A stretch of 64,000 bases of DNA from the human T2T-CHM13v2.0 reference genome, Homo sapiens: NCBI RefSeq assembly GCF_009914755.1, contig NC_060925.1. The stretch is one strand, 5' to 3'. Shown piece by piece: positions 55,061-64,000 of the stretch. Both the position numbers and the translations under genes were made by a program. Under the pieces are notes generated by a model. The model was not told where the DNA came from. It saw only the letters and a program-made list of their open reading frames with translations, and did no database searches. Positions within the stretch are counted from its first letter, which is position 1, and every line of letters starts with the position of its first letter.

Positions 55061-55996
55061 TCTACACTCTAATCTGTTATCTTTTCTCCCAAAGGATTTA
55101 ACAATAATAAGAGCACTAAAAATGTGTGAGTGCTGTGTGCCAGACTTGTGCAAAGTGTTCCACATATTTTATCTCGTCTCCTTTAAGAGGTGAGGTACTT
55201 TTACATAGCAAAACCCAGGTTTGAATGAGAGTCTGTGTGATTCCATGCCTGGCTCTGTTCTCGGATACCAAAGCCATCACTATTCTGTATGGTTTGGAAC
55301 GAAAATGGATTCTGACTTCTGGATCCCACTTTCCGCCCAGAATCGTGCCTTAGTCCTAAGTCCTGGTCACCTCCTACTGCTGGATGGTATTGGAGTAGGA
55401 CTTGCATGTGGACAGTGGGTTGTTACAACATGCTTTTGTACGCCTGGAGAGGGTAGGCTTGAAGGCAACTAATGCTCTTCTCTTTGTCTCTAAGCATTAG
55501 AGATTAAAGGCAGATTCAAAAGAAATTGTAAGAAAGGAGGACTTGAGAGCATGTGTTTTTCTGCTATTTAGGACACAGGCAAAGCCAAATTTTTTTTTAA
55601 AGGCTAAATGTAGGTTTGACCCTGCTTGAAGTAAGCACCAAAGCAATGAGTAATAGATGAGACTTGGAATCTGATAGCAGCAGCATTCTCTATGCCCAGC
55701 TAATTAAAGGCCAGTAAAGAGCTCCTGGTGGGCAGGGCTGATGTCTTCTATACTGTAGTCCCTGTTTTGTACAGAACGGGTGCCCAACCAGGATTTGTTG
55801 AATGTAGTTTTTCATCCATAGCCAAGAATCAGCAGCTTGTTCTTATCTTAACTCCTCTTTTCTTGGCTATTGGTTTGCTTATAAAATGTTTTTGCTTTTC
55901 CTGAAGACTTAAGAATTAGCCTTGAGGACAAAAAGGTAGTCATTTTTTAACATAATATTTATGTAATGTTATTTTTATGGACAAGGCTCTGTGTTA

Positions 55997-56326
<330 letters not shown>

Positions 56327-56719
56327 GCAGCAATGAACAAGATGGTCAAGCATGGAAGGTAGACATCAGTCAACTTATCAGACAATTATCTGATTACCAT
56401 GGTGATAAATCTTATGAAAAAGTATAGATTGTTATGGGTGTTTAGGAGAACTTGACCTAAATTAAGAGATCTGTGAAGGCCTTCTTGGAGAAATGACGTT
56501 TGAGCTGAACTATTTATTAAGGATGAACAAGAATTAATCAGGGCAAGTGGAGTAGGGAAATGGCAGGAGGGAGGGTGGTAAACAAACAATGCAAGGAGAG
56601 AGAGCGCATTGGTGAGAATGCTTCATCAGAAGGAGCTTAGTAGGGTTCTAAAATACAAATCAGATTAGTGTGGCTGAAATGCAGGGTGGAGAACCATGCA
56701 GCAAGATGAGACTTAAAAA

Positions 56720-57180
56720 AACAGTTAAGACTTTTTGGTTGCAAACATAAAGGAATTTATTGGCTCAATAAACAGAATGCTTCAGAGGTAGCTTGGCTCT
56801 ACTCATAACTTTAACAAGAGCTCTTTATTGCTCTCTAGTTTTCTTGGCCCTATCTCCCCCACATATTGACTTGTGTCTCCTAAGGTAGCGAAGTAACTGC
56901 AGCAGCTCCAGCTTTCATACCTGCCTTCCATACCATCCAGAAGAGAAAGAAACTTGTTATGGTATTCCTAGTACGAGGCCTGAGAATCACCCTGATTGGA
57001 GCAGTGGAGGTCACATGCCCTGTCTTGAACCATGCACCGTGTTGAGGAGGCAGGAATGGCCTGCTTAGCCTGGCCTGGGCCAGATGGTCTATCTCAGGAG
57101 CTTCGGGAAGAGTCAGCTTCCCTGGAATCACAGAGATTACAAAACAGAAATCAGGGCTGCTAGGAAGTGCAGAATGGATG
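56720..57180 (-). mobile_element. Old MLT1 LTR (MLT1K/L-like)
   Basis: cagttaagactttttggttgcaa...ggaatttattggctca...ctgattgga...ggtcacatgccc. Confidence 0.65.
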
Positions 57181-57352
57181 ATGGTGGGGCCACAGTGATC
57201 ACTGCAAGGTTGAAAAGGTGAAGACAGGCCTGTGCTATAGGATTTGGGACTTCTTAAAATGACAGGAAGTCATTAAAGGATTTTCAGTAGGTCAGTAATG
57301 TCTTTGGTTATTCAAAAACATCATTGTGAACTCTACCTTGATGTGTCTGTAG

Positions 57353-57657
<305 letters not shown>

Positions 57658-58040
57658 TAGTTTCTAAGAAAACCATTGTCAGATAAATAAATCATTATGT
57701 TAAGAGCAAAATGCAACTCATTTTCTAGTTTTCCTAATAATAATAATAATTCTTATTAGTCTTCTAATGTTAATAACAGGCTAATAATAGTAATAAGCCC
57801 GCCACAGTGAAAAGAGATTTACAAGCATTATCTCATACAATCTTGACTATAATCCTGGGAAGTAAGCCTGATTATTATCCCCATGTTAGTGACAGGGAAG
57901 CTGAGGTATGGGGAGATCAGGTGATTTACCCAGGGTTACATAGCTAGTAAATAGCCAGACAATAGCTGTGTGAATCAACATATTGTGTTATTCCCACTAA
58001 ACTCTGTGATGTCATGGGGGTGGGGAAAACTTTTTATTTA

Positions 58041-58664
<624 letters not shown>

Positions 58665-58754
58665 TGTTTGACAAACAATTATTGGACAAAGCCTTGTGCT
58701 AGGAATCAAAAGTATCAACTGGGCAGTCAGATTGCATAGAATCTGCCAGAATTT

Positions 58755-59118
58755 AAAAAAAAATTTAGTAAAATATACATACCGTAACATTTGCCATTTT
58801 AACAATTTTTAAGTGAGTGATTAAGTGGCATTAATTACATTTACAATGTTGTGCAATCATCACCATCATCTATTTCCAAAACTTTTGCATCACCCCAAAC
58901 AAAAACTCTGTAACCATTAAGCAAAACCTCCTCCCCCTAACCCTTGGTAAACTCTAATCTACTTTTTGTCTTTATGAATTTGCCTATTCTAGATATTTTA
59001 AGTGGAATCATACAATATTTGTTCTTTTCTGTCTGGTTTATTTCACTTAGCATAATGTTTTCAAGGTTTATTCACGTTGTTGCTTGTATCAGAACTTCAT
59101 TCCTCTTCATGGTTCAGT
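58755..59118 (-). mobile_element. L1MB 3' end
   Basis: ttgccattttaacaatttttaagtg...gaatttgcctattctagata. Degenerate TSD aatctgc(c/t)agaa. Confidence 0.85.
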
Positions 59119-62100
59119 AATCTGCTAGAAATTTGAAAAAACTATTTTTGTCAGTTCAGTGATTACAAAATATTTGAAGTTGAATAACTATAATTTTAAG
59201 CAAGGATTGCACTCTAGTTTTCTACTATCCCTATGATACCCTATTGTCTTAAAATTAGTAGCCTGCTTGCACTTATTAACACTGTCTAGCCCAATTCAGA
59301 AGGCATCTGTGGTTGCAACAATCATCCCTGTGATTTGGACTGACAAGCTCTTCGAGATTAATTACACTGAGTCCTCTCCTAAAGAAGGTAGAAACTTGTC
59401 TTTGTACTTCTTTTTGCCATCACCTATTAGCACTGTGCTTTCTATAATAGATGCTTACTAAATATTTGTGAATACAAATTTAAATTCAGTTTATCAAATC
59501 TGTATCAAGTATTTATAACGTTCTAGGCACTGTGCTAATGGTTAGGGTTACAATAAGGAGGTAGTTCCTGTCCTCTTGGACACTATGCTACAGGTGGACA
59601 ATAATGATGATGAGAGCCAGCCATCTTAAAAATAGCAGTGTCTTCAATTTTTATAGGTTTTTGTTTCTAAACATATATTAGCCCATTTATTGCTATGATG
59701 TTTGGCATACATTTACTTTTGAAAACTAGTGGCTATTTTTTAGTTTATTCCAAATGGAACAAGTTGGAAGAGATTATTGGTTAACCACAAGATTTTGAGG
59801 TTTGATTTCACGGGGTAGTAAATGATGAATTAATTCTTTAAGAAAAAGGTTTCTTTAAGTCTAAAAATAGTTCTTATAAGGTCATTGTTTCTCAACTAAG
59901 TTGGAAGATGTGCCAATTTATGCTATGCTCTAAGAATCTTTAACTTTCCTGCCATTTCATGAACTTAACTCTTTTGATAGCTCCAGGATTTAAGTCTTAA
60001 AGGCAGCTTAAAACAAAGCCCCGAGCACATTGCCCTTGTCTTTTCATGTGTACAACTGTCTGTCCCTAGGTCAGTGAACGATAGTTGTGAAGGTTCTTAG
60101 AGAGTGAACAGAGTTTCAGAGCTTTCTTGAGTAGGTGTCCTGAGTTCACCAGACTTGCTGTCATCTGGAACTGTTCTACTTATTTGGTTGTCAACAGCAT
60201 CCTAGTGGAAAAGAGGATAATGCAACCATAGCTGCCACACAGCCCTCAGGAACTTTCCATCTTGCTATGTAGCTGAAAGTGTTGGTCTCTGTCTTCATTT
60301 GTCATGAGCCTCCCAACTCTGGAGATCAGTGGAAAGGCCATAAATGGAAAGAGCCAGCATTTAGTCAGTAAGGTGGCAGAGATGAGATGGTGTCTTTCAG
60401 AATTTTCTATTAAGCAGTTAGTCCTGTGTCATTACCAAGTAAGGATTAAAGAGGCCTATGAAAAGCCACAGACTAGCATCGTTTAAAGGATCCAAATGCA
60501 AACCATAGTTACAAATGTGCTTTTTGTCAAACATTAGGAAAGAAAATGTACGACACTACTAAGAAAATGGTGCAGAAGGCAGAGAAGACTCTTGGATTGG
60601 GAGGAAATTCCAGTTCAGTCTGGTTTATAGAAACTTCAACCACAAGCTCTTTTCAAAAGGATATCAGGATTCAAGCATTACATCATCTAAATAAATTCTC
60701 ATTGGATGTTCAGTCCCTGACTAGCTGGAATCGGGTTCCCTTTATTTAACCCTTTCCCAGCCAAGACATAGCCTGTCCTAACTTTGAGAATGTATCTTTC
60801 CTGTTATTTGCAGCAGCATTTAGCATTTGAGCAGAACGCATGTGAAGAAAGTTGCTTTCTATAAACCCCCCACCTCAGTTGAAGTTTTTATACTTAGTAT
60901 GTCAAAAAAGTTATTTCAAATGCTTTGTTGCTATGTAATTGCAAAAGCAGCATTACTGAGAGAAATGCTTCAATAAAGCCTTTGGAAAATAGAGAACGTC
61001 AAGCCATTATATGATTACGTTTCCTACACCCCAGTCCTCTTTCTCTTATAGTTACACTCCTACCCTCTGGTTCAACATTTTTGTCAGATTATGTGTTTTA
61101 CCTGGTCATTATGGATGGATATTAAAATTACAGGCTTATAACTAAGCAACCATTTGCAAAAAATGAAGTAACATACCATGGCCACCAAAGAGACATGTAA
61201 GTGTTTTGGCTAAAGGGTGACAATTTTATTTGGGTATTTCACACTTTATTGAGGAAAGAGTGTTGATATAGTTAATGATTTCAAAAGTATACCACTCTGG
61301 AATCGTCCTGCAGTCTTCCTGTCTTTTCACTGGATGCATAAATGGAATCAGAGAGACACAGACAGTAATTGTGGGTCAGACTGATAAAATGACTCATAAT
61401 AGCTTTGGAGTTGTGAAACTTAGGGCTGTTATCTTGAGTTCATATCACTTTCCCTCCCTTTTAAGAGTGTTATCGGAAATATCCATTTCTCAGTTAATAA
61501 ATTAAAAATCCTCTCTATTTCAATCATTTTTGGTTTTTATAACATCCCTGGAGATAAATGGAGACAACCCCAGGTATTGCAAAACCAGAACAAGAATCAC
61601 AGGTTTAGAGGCATGAAGAATTGTACAGGATGGAAGAACATAGGGAGGAGAACATGGGCATTCTGAGCTCACACCTGTTTGCGGGAGGGCTGGATGCTTA
61701 GATATAACTGTGCCAGCCAGGACAGAAGGGAGGAAGGAGCTGCATCTTAGATTTGTCAAACATGTTGTGCTTACTCTCCCTCCTGGCTTCATTACTACAC
61801 AAAAGATGATAAGACTTGACACCACCAGTCAGGATTTTGTCTTCAAAGATATCAAGAGGAGAGTGGGAGAGTGAAACCCCCAGGGCTGACCTTCAGAGGA
61901 GATGAGAAACTCAAAGAGTGAGTATGAAAGGGTAGAAAAATTAGAGTGGTTGGGGAGTATTAGCAGTTTCTTTACCTTTTCTGATACAGGGCCTCACACG
62001 TCAACTGATGCAGAATTGGCAGGGGGCTCAGGATGATACCGTGTTTAATACTGTAAAATTAAGTGTGTTTGAAAGAGCAAAGTTTATATATTCTTTACCT

Positions 62101-62273
62101 GGCTCAACAAAATTCCCTTGTCACCTCTGAAAACCATTTTCTAGAATGCAGGCTCCCTCTAGCCCAAAGCTTAAAATTATCAGTCATATTGAAAAGAAGA
62201 ATGAAAACAAGTCCTCACACTGCTGTGTATTTGATTCTGGTTTAGAAATCCATTATCTTTAAAATATACCCAT

Positions 62274-62683
62274 GTTGTCAGTCAGGTTCCTCAGGAAGAA
62301 GTTTCTGGGAGAGCACTGGGTAGTGAGTGCCCTCGCTTTGCAGGGAAGGAAGGGAACAGGACTCAGGAGAGCGAGAAGTCAAATAGTGATGCAGTTACAA
62401 AAAGCCTAGGCATCTTGTGGCCCTGCTCCTTTGGGGACCTCTGGAGCTGGGATAGCTCTGCAGAGTTGCCCTGTATTGGGGCTAGGGGATCACATTGACT
62501 CATCATGAGATGTGGGTGGCCCTAGGGGATGGGGTATCATCCTAGGTAAGTTGGCTATCTAAGGCAACTCCTAGAGAGCGACTCAGCTGAGCACTATGTA
62601 TGGTCAACCCTTTTGGTGGCCGAGGGAATGAGTCTTAGTCTCAGTAGGGTGGATATGGGCAGCACACCACAGCATCCACTACA
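62274..62683 (-). mobile_element. ERVL LTR33-like solo LTR
   Basis: Ends gggcagcacaccacagcatccactaca, the rc of the LTR33 start. Confidence 0.75.
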
Positions 62684-64000
62684 ATGAAGATAAAGGGTCT
62701 CAGCAAAATTCTGGGATTATTCAAAATTATCTAAGATTATTAAAAACTCTAAGATTTTTCAGTCTTTTCAAAAATTGCCAAAGTAAGCCCAGGGTGCCAA
62801 ATTGCCAGTGTAATCTCTGAGCCATTGAAGTTTTCTTTATCTTTGAAGATAAAGCAAATTGATATGTAGCACTCCATTGCATCTTTAAAGAAAACCTCAG
62901 TGGCCCAGAGAGATGGCATATTTCTTAGAAAATATAAGGAAAGGCTTTTGTTTGGAACCTTTCTACACATCAAATGAATAGCTTTTCCATAAAATAGATA
63001 GTAGTAAGAATACAGGGGCTCTTCTGGGTTTTGATCTGCAGGATGGTGTGGGACAGGGGTAGGGGTGTAGTGGCTCCATCACAATTTGCTTGGAAGAATG
63101 AAAGTGGTTGGCTTAGGCTTCACTACTCCAGCTTGAGTCCACATTCTTAGAGGATGAGCTAAAGGCTGCATTCTGGATCTTTCTGTGTAAGAAGTGGAGA
63201 AATCCGCTGCCAAGTATGGGAGCACTGGAGCCTTAAAATGGAATCCAAATACTGGTTGTGGATTTGGAACAGTGCCTTATATGGCATCATTGTTCAGAGC
63301 CACTTCAAGGAGTTAGGGTATCATTGTGGCATTGCCTACAATGCCACAATCAAGGGCTGTCTGAGATTCAGGAGATGAAGCAAGGAGATATCTGTGCCTA
63401 ATGTTGAAGAAAAGCATTTTTATGTCTGTTAACATTTATGGTGTCCGATTGAGTGGGTTAGCAAAATAAAGACAGATGGCAACAGATTAATGTGAACACT
63501 TACAATACCTACAATATTGCGCCCACTCCAGCTGAAGCTCTCCAGCTCAACTTCCTCCACGACTCACAGTCAAATGTCACTTAGTGACCCCGAAGAGAAG
63601 AACAATTTATGATGGATCAGGAATCAGGATTAACCATACATTTATCATGGAATAAGGAATCAGAAACTTCATTTAATGTATAACTGTGATGTTTGTCTGG
63701 GGCTGGTGGATCATTACTTTGCAATCACTCCTTGTGTTAGGAAGCAGGAATTGATTAGCCCAGGGTCATTAAGTCCATCCCCTGCCTCCAGGCTGTACAG
63801 TTTGTGTAAATGGTTCCAGCTGGATGTGCCTTTATGCTATTCTTAAGGAGCTCCTGAAGAGGAAATTACAAGATGTCCCAGAGGGGCACATTGTGAGGGT
63901 CTCACAGCCTTAAGCGCCAAGAAGTTCTTTTCCATATTTGAGGAGCATTGGACCAGGGAGTCATGAAACCTGGGCTCCCCATCAATTCAGATATTTAGTA

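Overview
Primate, most likely human, non-coding genomic DNA; an AluYa5 with all five diagnostic positions points to human. It is either intergenic or inside a very long intron. I find no protein-coding exon: the supplied ORFs are Alu, L1 or MaLR remnants, or chance ORFs. By eye, more than half the window is interspersed repeat. The first ~11.7 kb is a nested cluster: an ancient L1M backbone carrying a tailless 5S rRNA retropseudogene, MER50, LTR8, MER4A, a complete MLT1C/D MaLR provirus (itself holding AluYa5, AluJ and an MST LTR) and an L1MA. A second complete MaLR provirus (MLT1H) lies at 37.1-39.0 kb. Several repeat-free blocks (about 17.3-17.9, 21.3-22.1, 45.5-46.5 and 52.6-55.1 kb) look like developmental enhancers. 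The most unusual directly visible feature is a 40-bp inverted templated insertion inside a THE1/MST LTR, copied from ~625 bp upstream. I do not see convincing evidence of a new biological system. Repeat subfamily names come from remembered consensus sequences, and boundaries without TSDs are approximate.
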